Below, one piece after another: positions 28,450 to 38,468 of a stretch of DNA of 64,000 nucleotides. A model generated the notes under the pieces. It was given only the letters and a program-made list of their open reading frames with translations, had not been told where the DNA came from and did not search any database. Every line of letters starts with the position of its first letter. Position 1 is the first letter of the stretch. The stretch is from Porphyridium purpureum (lineage: Eukaryota), in assembly GCA_008690995.1 (NCBI GenBank), contig VRMN01000006.1, positions 558,001-622,000 of the forward strand. The letters are read 5' to 3'. A program made the translations under genes and the position numbers.

Positions 28450-29808
28450 ATGACATGGGCTCGCTGCGGCGCCCATGCTGCAGCATCTGCCACTGCTGCC
28501 ACTGCACATGCTGCGACTTACGCTGCTGACAAGTGGGCAGCTGCCTCGTCTCGGAACGCATGGGCTAGGAGGTGGTTTTCGCGGCACCACGGACCGCGAC
28601 TTGTGGCAGGACGAAGCTTTCATGATTGTAGCTGGGAATGCGGCGCGGCTCAGGCCCTGAGAAGCAGGCATGCTGGACAGGCGAGGCGGTCGTGCAGTAT
28701 GGAAGCACGTTCTGTACTGGATGAGCATCAGGGAAACGCGCCGCTCGAAGTGATCTTGCTGGGAACTTCTTCGAGCAATGTGACGGCGTCACGATTTCAG
28801 TCCTGCACGGCGGTGCGCTTCCCAGACCACTCACGAGCTGAAGCTGAAGCTGGGGAGAGCGGGCATGCGGTGAGTCATTCAAAGTATCGCACATGGCTCG
28901 TGGACGTAGGATGGGGTGTTCTGGAGCAGTTTCGCAGGCTAAACGGCTATATTGATGTGTTGGAAGTCGACAAAATTTTCATCACCCATTTCCATGGCGA
29001 CCATATCAATGGCCTGGAACACTTTCTCGTCGCACAGGACTCAGCATGCAAGGCGCGCGGGCTGGCTCAGCACAGATTGCAGATTGTGGGTCCTTTGGGC
29101 ATCAAGGCATTTACACAGGAAGTGGTTGCAGCCGTGTGTGGGCACGATTGCCGACTCGACTTGCAGTTTTTGGAGCTTCAGACAAGGCTGTCCAAGGCGC
29201 GTTGGAGTCAAATTTCGTCTCTTATGCGAAATGTTCGCATAGGAGACGTGTTTAGCGCGAATCAAAAGTCCGGGACAGACCAATCCTTTGCTTCTCAGTC
29301 GCGGAGAATTGCTCCCCTTGACGGCTTGGCGCAAGTCGTCGGCAAGAGCCTCGCGGGAAGGGCCCCGCGCGCACTTTTTGATGTGCTGGAAGAAGGGTCT
29401 GAGTTCCGCGTTCGCGTTCGTGCCGCCGAAGTGGAGCACTCGATTGAGTCGATCGGGTATGCTATGGAATTCCATCGACCCATGCAGGACACACCGCCTC
29501 GCAAAATCGCCATCATCGGAGACACAAGGAACCCAGACGCTATGGTCTCATTGGTTCAGGACTGTGACTTGCTCATTCACGAGTGTAGCTTTCCGGCGCA
29601 CTTGATCGAAATAGCAAGAAGAAAGGGTCATTCGTGCACCACCTCTGCGGCCCAGTTTGCGTCAAAGGTCGGTGCAAAGTGTCTTGTGCTCAATCATATT
29701 GCACCACAGCTCGCATTCTTTCCGGCGGTGCATGCTGCAGGAGAAGTGAGCAGGCATTTCAGCAATCCGTTCTACTTTGCAGTCGATATGATGTGCTTGC
29801 GGGTGTAG
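28450..29808 (+). CDS. RNase Z-like metallo-beta-lactamase (short form), organelle-targeting-like N-terminus
   Basis: LLGTSS, WLVDVG.G, IFITHFHGDHING, GPLG, H...SIGY, RKIAIIGDT, DLLIHECSF, GHS, LVLNHI. Confidence 0.85.
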   Translation: MTWARCGAHAAASATAATAHAATYAADKWAAASSRNAWARRWFSRHHGPRLVAGRSFHDCSWECGAAQALRSRHAGQARRSCSMEARSVLDEHQGNAPLEVILLGTSSSNVTASRFQSCTAVRFPDHSRAEAEAGESGHAVSHSKYRTWLVDVGWGVLEQFRRLNGYIDVLEVDKIFITHFHGDHINGLEHFLVAQDSACKARGLAQHRLQIVGPLGIKAFTQEVVAAVCGHDCRLDLQFLELQTRLSKARWSQISSLMRNVRIGDVFSANQKSGTDQSFASQSRRIAPLDGLAQVVGKSLAGRAPRALFDVLEEGSEFRVRVRAAEVEHSIESIGYAMEFHRPMQDTPPRKIAIIGDTRNPDAMVSLVQDCDLLIHECSFPAHLIEIARRKGHSCTTSAAQFASKVGAKCLVLNHIAPQLAFFPAVHAAGEVSRHFSNPFYFAVDMMCLRV

Positions 29809-29898
29809 ATCTTGTTGATAGGGCGCTGGACACAAAGCAATAGAGCGAGCACGCAACCAGTCAGGCTCGCGTACGGATGGGGATCACGAAATTGGTAC

Positions 29899-31011
29899 CT
29901 AGAATGATTTAAAGCTGATCTGTCGTGCTTCGCTTAAAAAGTCGCACTCCTTTGTTCTCGATGCTTTGCAACGGGAAGATGTGTCGATTTGCTCCAACGC
30001 AGCCAGCAGCCCGCACTGCGCGATATCTTCGAGCACGATTCCGCGAGAGGAAGCGGCCGCCATGGCCGCTAGCATACCGGCAGTGAAGGCGTCGCCTGCT
30101 CCTGTCGCATTCACAGAGCCCTGCGGCTCCAGAGCCTGCAGAAAGCACGACGTACCTGCAACCAGCTGACTTGACAGCGCACGGCCGAGATTTTTGTGGA
30201 GCACCACTGGATCTTTGTTGAGCTTGAGGCATGCGCCACGCTTGCCTAATGTGATGGCCACGAGTGCAACGCCTCTGTCAAGCAAGTGGTCCAGCAGTTC
30301 ATGAATATCCTGCGCGTTGGGCTCGCGCTCTCCGATAGGCTCCTTCTTGACCATGAGATAGGCTTCTTCGAGATTTGCATGGAGCATGCCGACGTGCGTC
30401 AATGCCGGTCCCAGGATGCTGTCGTCGGGCGTGTTAGCGCCATTGACATCAAGCGTCAGGATCAAGTCGGAAATCTCGGCCCGAAGTTTGGTGAAGAACT
30501 GCGCAAGGCGCTCACCTTGCAAGCGTGGGAGCAGGTGTGGATACCCGAAATGAACAAGATCAAATGAACGGACATACTCTAGCACCGCCGCTTCGCCGTT
30601 TGCACGTCGGGATCTGTTCAGGAGAGTCTCCTGATCCATGCTAAGATTTGCGCCTAGATTTACAAAGCAGCCGCGCGTACCATTCTTGAATACGGGCAGA
30701 ATCGCCAGGGAGGTGCTCACACGATCGTCCTTGATTAGCAGCTCGGTGTGCGCACCAAACTCATCCAGCTGCTGCTGCATCTGCTCACCGAAACTGTCAT
30801 TGCCTATGACGCTCCACACGCCTGCACGCACGCCGGACCGGCACAACGCGCGCGCCGTGTTGCAGCACGAACCGCCAGCCACGTAGCTCACGCGTTCGAA
30901 AGCCACGATCTGCTCCGTGGACGCCGGTGTATCGGTGTTTAGCAGCATCATGTCGAGACAATTGAGACCACAGCAAAGCACGCCGCCTGTCGCGCGCTCT
31001 GGTGACGCCAT
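29899..31011 (-). CDS. PfkB/ribokinase-family carbohydrate kinase
   Basis: GG...NTA.AL.R.G, IGNDSFG, ANLEEA, ITLGKRGA, NATGAGDAFTAG. Confidence 0.9.
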   Translation of the reverse strand: MASPERATGGVLCCGLNCLDMMLLNTDTPASTEQIVAFERVSYVAGGSCCNTARALCRSGVRAGVWSVIGNDSFGEQMQQQLDEFGAHTELLIKDDRVSTSLAILPVFKNGTRGCFVNLGANLSMDQETLLNRSRRANGEAAVLEYVRSFDLVHFGYPHLLPRLQGERLAQFFTKLRAEISDLILTLDVNGANTPDDSILGPALTHVGMLHANLEEAYLMVKKEPIGEREPNAQDIHELLDHLLDRGVALVAITLGKRGACLKLNKDPVVLHKNLGRALSSQLVAGTSCFLQALEPQGSVNATGAGDAFTAGMLAAMAAASSRGIVLEDIAQCGLLAALEQIDTSSRCKASRTKECDFLSEARQISFKSF

Positions 31012-31472
31012 ACCGACGCTAGGACTCAAATCGCAGCCTTGTCCTTTCCCCGTCACCTTGCTGCACGTCCAGAGGGCTTTTGCAGACGACTGAGGGTTGC
31101 CAAATGGAACGGAAGCGCGAAGAAGTCCAAAGTGGTTGCCAAGAGGCGAACGGCGGTGCTTTAAAAAGAAAATGCTACACAAGAATTACACAGACTAGCC
31201 AGCGTCCCGAGCTCGGCGTCACCAGTTTTGCTGAATCGAAGGGGCACGGTAGGAAAGGCTTCGACGGCCTGTTTCAAATCGGCGATCATGTCGACAAGAT
31301 GCCAAAAGATGCAGCCCGGTGCCTCGTCCTCCTTCCACTTTATCTCTCTCTGCTTTTGCCGCTACTATGCGCCTTGCAAAACCTGCTAGTGGCCTTGATT
31401 CCCCTGCGCATCGATCAGAGTATAGCGTATGCTGGCATTTCTCTCGGAGCGTCGTGCCTGGAATGCACAAGT

Positions 31473-33053
31473 CTAGGCGATGGCTTGAGGGAGCACAGTG
31501 CCGCTACCTATGATAGTGAGCAACGCTTTTCTAATGGCAGGAACTGACACCAATATTGTCTGCAAGGCGCCCGAGAGCACCAGTGTCACTGCGGCTGCGC
31601 TCGCTGCTTCGTTCTCGCCGTCCGCGGTGAGTGCTGCGGTTCCCAGGCCGTGAGCAGACGCGCCCATGGATGTTCCTCGCACAATGCCCCACCGTTCTCG
31701 CCTGAAGCCCAGTGCGTTCAGCATCTGCTTGCCAAAGTTTGCACCGAGAATACCGGACAGCACGATGGCGCACACGGCGATACTTTCATCCACACCCAAG
31801 ATCTTTGACATCGCCAGACCCAACGGAGTTGTAGCAGTTCTGGGCAGCAGTGCGCCTGCCAGCTTGGGCGAAATGCGCAAGAGACGCGCGATGACAGCCG
31901 TGCCGAATAGTGCGCTGACGGAGGTCCACACGGCTGCGCTCGACAGCACTCCGACGTTTGCAAAGAGCAATTTTCTGGCGTCATACATTTTGAACGCCAA
32001 CGCAAAGAGCGACGGACCCAGCAGCGCAGAAAAGTAGTATCCGGCTTTTTGCACGTACAGCGCGTTGCGCTGCGCAAAGGTGCCGCCACTGACAGGCAGC
32101 AGGTTGAGCAAGAGCGAGCTCAGCGCTCCACACACCACCACGGGATGCAGAGACGACTTGATTCCGGCCGGCAGTCGCGTGCCCCATATGAACGAAAGTG
32201 CTGTAAAACTAATGAGAAGCGGCGCCGCTCGCTTCTTCAAGCACGCGCTGATCAGCGTCGCTGCGCCGACCAGCACGAGCACGACAGCGTCGTAATCAAT
32301 TTTGAACGAGGCGGGCGCCGCTTGCTTGGCGCCTGGCGCCGCAGCTGTTTTCGCAGCGCCGGCAGCGCTGGACGCGCTTCCAACAGTCCTGCCTGTCGAT
32401 GAGGGCTTGCACACCAGCTTGGTAACATTTGCCGTTGAGACGAGCGTCCCAACAAAGCCAAGTAAGACCACAATCAAACTTGGCAACAGCGACTTTCCTG
32501 CGCCCGAGTCGAGCAGGGCGCGCACTGCGCCTGGCAAGGTGACCAACGCGGGGGCGAAGAAGAGGGGCATCCACTTGGTCAGGAACTCCGAGCCGGGCGT
32601 GGCCCAAAGGCGCACATCCTTTGCCACGCAGAGTCCGTACGCGCCAAAGAGCGGCTCCAGGAGCATCAGGATGATCGACAGCAGTACCATACCCGCCAAT
32701 GCGCCGGGGAACTTGATCTTGACGAGCAGAGCGCTGAGCTTCAGTTCCACGAACCGCAGCACCGCGATCAGCACGACCGCCTTGATGCCTCTGCCGAGCT
32801 GCGACTTGACCAAATCGACGAGCGCGCGCCACTGCGCGCCCGTCAGCCCCAGCGACCGCCTTTCGCCGCGCGCCGCTTCCTCGACGCCGTTCACGCGCTC
32901 AGCGCCATTCGCCGCACTCCTGCTCCCATCTGTCTTTGCCGCGCGCAACCGCCCGAGCACATCTTTCCGCACGAGCAGTTCCAGCAGCACCGAGATCCCA
33001 CCCAGCGCTCCGACGACGCCTCGAGCCGCCTGCTCCACTTGCACCGCGCTCAT
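31473..33053 (-). CDS. LrgA-LrgB fusion membrane protein, PLGG1-like (glycolate/glycerate translocator family)
   Basis: FPGALAGM, WMPLFFAPALV.LP, LHPVV, LLGPS..ALA..MY, PRTATTPL, RG.SMGASAHGLGTAAL...E; many transmembrane segments. Confidence 0.9.
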   Translation of the reverse strand: MSAVQVEQAARGVVGALGGISVLLELLVRKDVLGRLRAAKTDGSRSAANGAERVNGVEEAARGERRSLGLTGAQWRALVDLVKSQLGRGIKAVVLIAVLRFVELKLSALLVKIKFPGALAGMVLLSIILMLLEPLFGAYGLCVAKDVRLWATPGSEFLTKWMPLFFAPALVTLPGAVRALLDSGAGKSLLPSLIVVLLGFVGTLVSTANVTKLVCKPSSTGRTVGSASSAAGAAKTAAAPGAKQAAPASFKIDYDAVVLVLVGAATLISACLKKRAAPLLISFTALSFIWGTRLPAGIKSSLHPVVVCGALSSLLLNLLPVSGGTFAQRNALYVQKAGYYFSALLGPSLFALAFKMYDARKLLFANVGVLSSAAVWTSVSALFGTAVIARLLRISPKLAGALLPRTATTPLGLAMSKILGVDESIAVCAIVLSGILGANFGKQMLNALGFRRERWGIVRGTSMGASAHGLGTAALTADGENEAASAAAVTLVLSGALQTILVSVPAIRKALLTIIGSGTVLPQAIA

Positions 33054-33727
33054 TCTACCCACAAGCGCACACGCTCCGACCACCACTCGCGCCTGTCCGC
33101 TATTTCCCGGCCTCCGTCTCCTCGTTACTCTGCGCTCAGCCCCCGCTCCTTCACCTCATCACGTTTGTCCTCACACTCACACACCACACAACCTCAATCT
33201 CCCGTGCGGCTTTCGTCCTCGGCACGAAACGCTCGGCTCGGCTCCTTATCAAAACGACCGCGTTTTCATATGATGCGCGCGCTGGATTCTCGTTGAACGC
33301 ACACGCTGCCCGCGCCATCGTGGCGTGCCGACGGAGATGCCGACGGCACGCAAGTCACACCGCGAGCCGAGTCCAGAAGAGCCCCCGCGTGTCCGCGCAT
33401 CATCGAGCACGCTTGAGCGCGAACGCAGACCCACGTCGCACCGCGCATCCCGCGCTGCCACGCTCACGAGACGCCTGCATCCCCTGCCCTGATTTCCGCC
33501 GGCTCACTTTCAGCTTCCGCGCTTTCATCCAGACGACTCATCCACAAGACATGAAAAGAGCTACGCCCCAATTCCGACTGGTCCATCTCATCAGCGGCGC
33601 TCAATGCGCACACACATCACGATACGAATGTCCAACACGGACACCCACAGAGACCGCCCCACACCCAGTCTCATCTTTCCCTTCCTCCCCCCTACAATCA
33701 TCCACCCACCAACCTTTCCCTCCACCA

Positions 33728-33797
33728 GTACCCACTGTACTCCACCGTACCTTCTGAAGTGTACCTTACTTAAGTGTACCGCGCCTTATTAGGGTAC
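33728..33797. promoter_or_regulatory. Cluster of six GTAC sites in the PLGG1-like/ferrochelatase divergent promoter
   Basis: GTAC at 33728, 33737, 33747, 33761, 33776, 33794. Function inferred. Confidence 0.5.
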
Positions 33798-34334
33798 ACT
33801 GTGCGTGTCTATGTCTGTGTGAGTGCGTGTGTGTATCATAGTAAACCAAGTGACTTTGATATGAAGCGGCGTCATGTTGACATAGTGGGCGCCGTCGCTT
33901 AAGCGGTTGAAGCGGTTTGTTTCCTTTTGATGGCGGCGCGGGTGGGCCTGCAAGAAACCGACGCGAACGCACGCAACCGGCAACCGGCAACCGGCACGAC
34001 GCTGCGACGCTGCGACAGCGGCATACCGGCACAGCGGCGCTTAGTAATCCAGTCGCGGTTGGTAGGAGGGATGACAAAGGAATGCGTTGCGAGGGGAAGA
34101 ACTGGGAAGGCGCGTGTTCAGGGGGAGATGGAATCTGCGTGGGGGGAGGGGAACACGGAGGGAGGGGAGGTGGGTAAGTGGAGAGGAAGTGGGGAAGGAA
34201 GTAGCGGCAGGTGAGGTGTGGGGCGTGAGTGGCGGGGTGGAGGGAGGGTTTGGGCTGGTGGATTGTGTGTGTGTGGAGAGAGAGAGAGAGAGAGGTTAGC
34301 AGGGGTGAGGGAAGTCTAGAGAGGGGAGGGAGAT

Positions 34335-35723
34335 ATGATTGGGTTTGTGGGTGGGTTGGGTGTGGCCGTGCCGACGGGCACGGCATCGAGGCAGGATGGT
34401 GCGCTGCGCGTGCGGCAACGGTGTGTGCCGCTGGCGCGGCAGACGAGGAGGGCCGCGGTGCGGATGACCGCCGTGGCGCCGTCGCAGACCCCGGCGACGG
34501 CAGAGCCGGGCCGCAGCGCGGGCGTGAAGAAGCTCGGCGTGCTGCTGCTGAACCTGGGAGGGCCCGAGCGGCCAGAGGACGTGCAGGGCTTTTTGTATAA
34601 CCTCTTCTCGGACCCGGATATCATTCGGCTGCCCAGGCTGCTCTCGCCGCTCCAGTCGTTCCTGGCAAACGAGATTGCGCGCTCGCGCGCGCCCAAGTCA
34701 CGCGCGGCGTACGAGTCGATTGGCGGCGGCTCGCCAATCGTGCGCATCACAAACCAGCAAGCGAGCGCGCTCGAGGACGAGCTCCTGGCCCGCGGCTACA
34801 GCGCCAAAGTCTTCGTCGGGATGCGGTACTGGCATCCCTTCACCGAGGAGGCCGTCGAGGAGATCAAGGCGTACGGACCCGACCGGCTCGTCATCCTGCC
34901 GCTCTACCCGCAGTACTCGATCTCAACGTCCGGCTCGTCGCTGCGCGTGCTGGACAGGCTGTTCAAGAAGGAGAAGGAGGCGTTCAGCCCGCTCAAGATT
35001 GACCACACTGTGGTCCCGGAATGGTACCAGAGACCGGGATACGTCCACGCACAGGCAAAGCTGATCAAGGAGCAGCTCGCAACGCTCACCGACGAGGAGA
35101 AGAAGTCAACAAAGGTGATGTTTTCGGCGCATGGAGTGCCGGAGAGCTACATTGAGGCAGGTGATCCGTACCAGCAGCAGATTGAGGAGTGCTGCAAGCT
35201 GATCATGCAAGAGGTAGAAGATACCGATTGGACCTTGTCCTACCAGTCCCGCGTCGGACCGGTGCAGTGGCTGCAGCCGTACACGGACGTGGTGCTCGAG
35301 GAGCTGGGCAAGGAGGGGCTGCAAAACCTGGTTGTGGTCCCCATCAGTTTTGTTTCGGAGCACATTGAGACTCTGGAGGAAATCGATATTGAGTACCGTG
35401 AGCTCGCGCACGAGTCTGGCATCAAAAAGTTCTTGCGTGTGCCAGCGCTGGACTGCAATCCCGACTTTGTGAAAGACCTGGCGGACATGTCGCTCGAGGC
35501 GCTCGAGAAGCCCTCGCTGCGCGTCGGAGAGGCGATGAACTTGAGCATCAAGGGCGACGCGCAAGACCCGGCTGACATGCCGGACGTAGATATTGCATTT
35601 GGATTCAACAATTCAGCAGAAACGTTGAATGGTCGTTTGGCCATGCTGGCGCTGGCCGCGCTCACCAGCGCCAACTTTGTCTCGGGGCAAGGGATGAACA
35701 TGTTCTCCAACTTGCTGCACTAG
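34335..35723 (+). CDS. hemH: Plastid ferrochelatase with C-terminal CAB/HLIP-like domain
   Basis: Transit peptide; GVLLLNLGGPE, IGGGSP, MRYWHPF, LYPQYSISTSGSS, FSAHGVP, YQSRVGP..WL.PYTD, SFVSEHIETLEEID; GFNNSAETLNGRLAML CAB motif. Confidence 0.97.
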   Translation: MIGFVGGLGVAVPTGTASRQDGALRVRQRCVPLARQTRRAAVRMTAVAPSQTPATAEPGRSAGVKKLGVLLLNLGGPERPEDVQGFLYNLFSDPDIIRLPRLLSPLQSFLANEIARSRAPKSRAAYESIGGGSPIVRITNQQASALEDELLARGYSAKVFVGMRYWHPFTEEAVEEIKAYGPDRLVILPLYPQYSISTSGSSLRVLDRLFKKEKEAFSPLKIDHTVVPEWYQRPGYVHAQAKLIKEQLATLTDEEKKSTKVMFSAHGVPESYIEAGDPYQQQIEECCKLIMQEVEDTDWTLSYQSRVGPVQWLQPYTDVVLEELGKEGLQNLVVVPISFVSEHIETLEEIDIEYRELAHESGIKKFLRVPALDCNPDFVKDLADMSLEALEKPSLRVGEAMNLSIKGDAQDPADMPDVDIAFGFNNSAETLNGRLAMLALAALTSANFVSGQGMNMFSNLLH

Positions 35724-36048
35724 TGTGCAGCTCTCTCCGTATGTCTTTTCGCCGACCATGCTTGACAAAGGTGGAGAGCTGAGGCAAGGCGCCGCGATTG
35801 TAACTTGATCAAAAATGGGGTACCTCGGTTTGGACCGCAGCCCGCGCCCGAACCGGTTTCGTCCTGGCCTGAACTGGAATACATGCGATGTATCTTTTCC
35901 ATGGAATATTGGCTTTTGCGCATGTGTGTGTGGTTTTGTACGTGTGTCTCTCACTCTCTCTTCCTTCCGCAAGATGTCTCGGTTGATGTAAAGTCTCTGC
36001 TTCCGGGTCCGCCATACAGACCGCGACGCTTTTTAGTACCATACGTCT

Positions 36049-36483
36049 TTAGTAGCCTACGCCAATAATATAATCGGTGAGCTGATCCATGTCCTTGGCG
36101 ACGTCGCGCAGATTCCTGTTCTTGGAATACTTGGGATGATACACGCCGACGACAAGCGCCTTGAGCGTGCAGATCACAATGACTCTTTGCTGCTCCTTTC
36201 CCTTATCCACGCACTGACCCAGCACAAACGGAGGGAAACCGTCCGCGTCGAGGACGCCGGCCCTGAGCGCCACATACTGCTGGCCGCAAATCGAAAACCC
36301 GCGCGCGAGCTCCTGCAACCCGTCCTCCTTCCCCACCAGAATCCTGGCGAGCTTGGTGGCCTCCGACACACCGAGCTGGAAGCCTTGCGACGTCGCCCAC
36401 TTGGACCCGTTATGGCCAAAGATGCCGGCGTACATACATCCCTTGGCGAGCATGCCCGAGTCCACGTATTGCTGCCACGACAT
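36049..36483 (-). CDS. Profilin-like protein
   Basis: MSWQQYVD, AGIFG.NG..WATS.GF, ICTLKALVVG.Y, LTDYI...GY C-terminus. Confidence 0.85.
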   Translation of the reverse strand: MSWQQYVDSGMLAKGCMYAGIFGHNGSKWATSQGFQLGVSEATKLARILVGKEDGLQELARGFSICGQQYVALRAGVLDADGFPPFVLGQCVDKGKEQQRVIVICTLKALVVGVYHPKYSKNRNLRDVAKDMDQLTDYIIGVGY

Positions 36484-37073
36484 GTTTCTCCGTCGCTCAC
36501 CAAGCCAAGACACGACCACTCCCGGAACGCCAAGTTGAAACGACCAACAACGGCACGGAGATCAACACAAGTTGGCAAGGCCGCCAAGAGCACACCTGGA
36601 CCAAGCACAATATGAGCGATTGAACGCGACGCGAACGGGTCGGGTGCGTCCTGAGCGGGCCACTCCGAATCCGTGTTGTCCCCGCGACGTTGCCGAAACT
36701 CCGCACGCAACGCCTGACAGGGTGTACAGGTGCTCGTGCAAGACAAGTTTTGACTCGGTCGGTGCAGCTACTGCAGGAGAATAACGCACCGCACTGATTG
36801 CTTTATGGGTGAATTGGTTTGCGCTCAGGTTCATGGCGGGCCTGAAAAAGAGCTGGAGCCTGCGCCTGGCGACAACCCGACGCAACAGTCTGCTGCAATC
36901 AGAACCAAAAAGAGATCGTCACGTCGTGGCAGAAAGCAGCACGTGCCAAAGCCACGCTCCGATTCTTTGGGTGATGTTTGGTGACGTATTCACGTCCTAG
37001 TTCATCATCTTGCAGGCAAATGGACATGAAAAACAAAAACAACAATTGGTTTCTAGACGAGCACCGCTGGGCG

Positions 37074-37897
37074 TCAAAGAATTTCAGCATCGTCGTCAGA
37101 GCTGGAATCCGGTGCGGCGCTGCGGTGACCGGAACTGCTGGCGTCTGCCGCTCCGCTGACCACTTCACCGGCATCGTCGGTATCGCTTCCATCTTCACTG
37201 CTGTAATCGCCAGAACTGTCCTCGTCATCCATGCCCTTACGCTGTTTGGCCTTTTCCTGCATTCGCTTTACGAGCGCGTCATCTATGGGTTCGTTTCGAT
37301 CAAGCTTTCGAACGAGGCACCGCCGGTCTCGTTCTCTCAGCGAGGGAAGAATATCACGAATCTCGTTCTTTGTCATAGGAGCGCATTTCTCGGCGCTGCT
37401 CATCGAACCCGCACACTTCGCACAAACGTTCTTCTGAACTGCGCATTTGGGACACCGGCTGTGGTACGCAAGCATCACTGTCTTGTTCTCGCAGTCAATG
37501 CTGTCGAATTTCGTTGGAAAGTGGCCCACAGACAAGATGAGTTCTGGAAACAAAGTCACGGGACGGCCCGGGTCAGTCTACTGCACGTTTCGCACACGTT
37601 TGCTGCTGCACACACACTGAAGAACGCATCCTCTCTGCGTCCCAACGCACCTCCCAAAACAAAACAAAACGTCTCGCACACGTACCACTTCCGCGGCTGC
37701 GTCAAGGGCTTATACTTTCTGTAATTCTTGCGCCACTCAATGACATCTGCGCAGCGCTGGCAGCAATGCCTTGTCGCGGGCAGCTGCGCGATCTGCTTGG
37801 TCTTCTGCGAGCCCTTATTATGCTTGAACGCGTGCGTGTTCTGATGCGCCTGTGCGCGCGTGCGCTGCGCGTTCCCGCGCTGCGTACTACTACTCAT
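37074..37897 (-). CDS. C9orf85/DUF2039-like Cys-rich protein; exons 37897-37686 and 37500-37074
   Basis: MSS..GN, HQN..AFK, C.RC...IEWR..Y.KYKPL. The GTACGT donor at 37685 and CAG acceptor at 37501 restore KC..C..KTV..AYH..C..CA....VCAKC. Confidence 0.85.
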
Positions 37898-37914
37898 CTT
37901 CCTAACGTCAAAGC

Positions 37915-37938
37915 CACACACACACACACACACACACA
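37915..37938. repeat. (CA)12 microsatellite in the presumed 5' UTR
   Basis: Direct reading. Confidence 0.95.
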
Positions 37939-38018
37939 CTTCGGCACCACGCTTCCTTCATTGTGTTCCTCACCGCCCTCCGCCTCACCGCGCCGTCAAC
38001 CCGCAACTTGCCATGGGT

Positions 38019-38126
38019 GTACTGTTAGTGTGTACTGCTATCATCACAAAGATGACAATGGAATGTGTTATTATAGACCTGAAAAAGTACAGCATCGCGG
38101 TACAGTAGTACAGTGAATCGCTGTAC
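38019..38126. promoter_or_regulatory. Cluster of six GTAC sites in the C9orf85-like/SMC5 divergent promoter
   Basis: GTAC at 38019, 38032, 38087, 38100, 38108, 38123. Confidence 0.5.
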
Positions 38127-38468
38127 CCTTCGCGCCAAAAAAAAAGGGCGAGCGAAAGAAGCAGCGCAAGTGGTCAGGCGGCGCTGCTGGACGAGAGCGA
38201 GGAAGAAACGCCGGGCGGCGGAGCGGCTGCGCGGCGAGAAAGCTCCGTCAGGCGCCCCGCGCCGAGCCGTCGTGCCTGAATTTATGACCAGCCTGCTTGA
38301 AAGCTTGCTTGTGTGCCTCCGACAAGGCCGAGGCGTCTGCGCTGTGCGCCTGATGCATCGCTGCTGAAACTGAAAGGAACGACGTCGCGCGGGGAAGCAA
38401 GAAAGGAAAAAAGGAAAGGGGGTGAAGTGGACAGTTCTGCGGGCGCTGCAGCGCGCCGCACGGGTGAG

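Noticed and set aside
32302..33757. Plus-strand ORFs of 323 and 273 aa
   Set aside because: Antisense to the PLGG1-like gene or in low-complexity promoter sequence.
35590..35723. CAB/HLIP-like domain on ferrochelatase as a novel fusion
   Set aside because: Well-known feature of cyanobacterial and plastid type-2 ferrochelatases.
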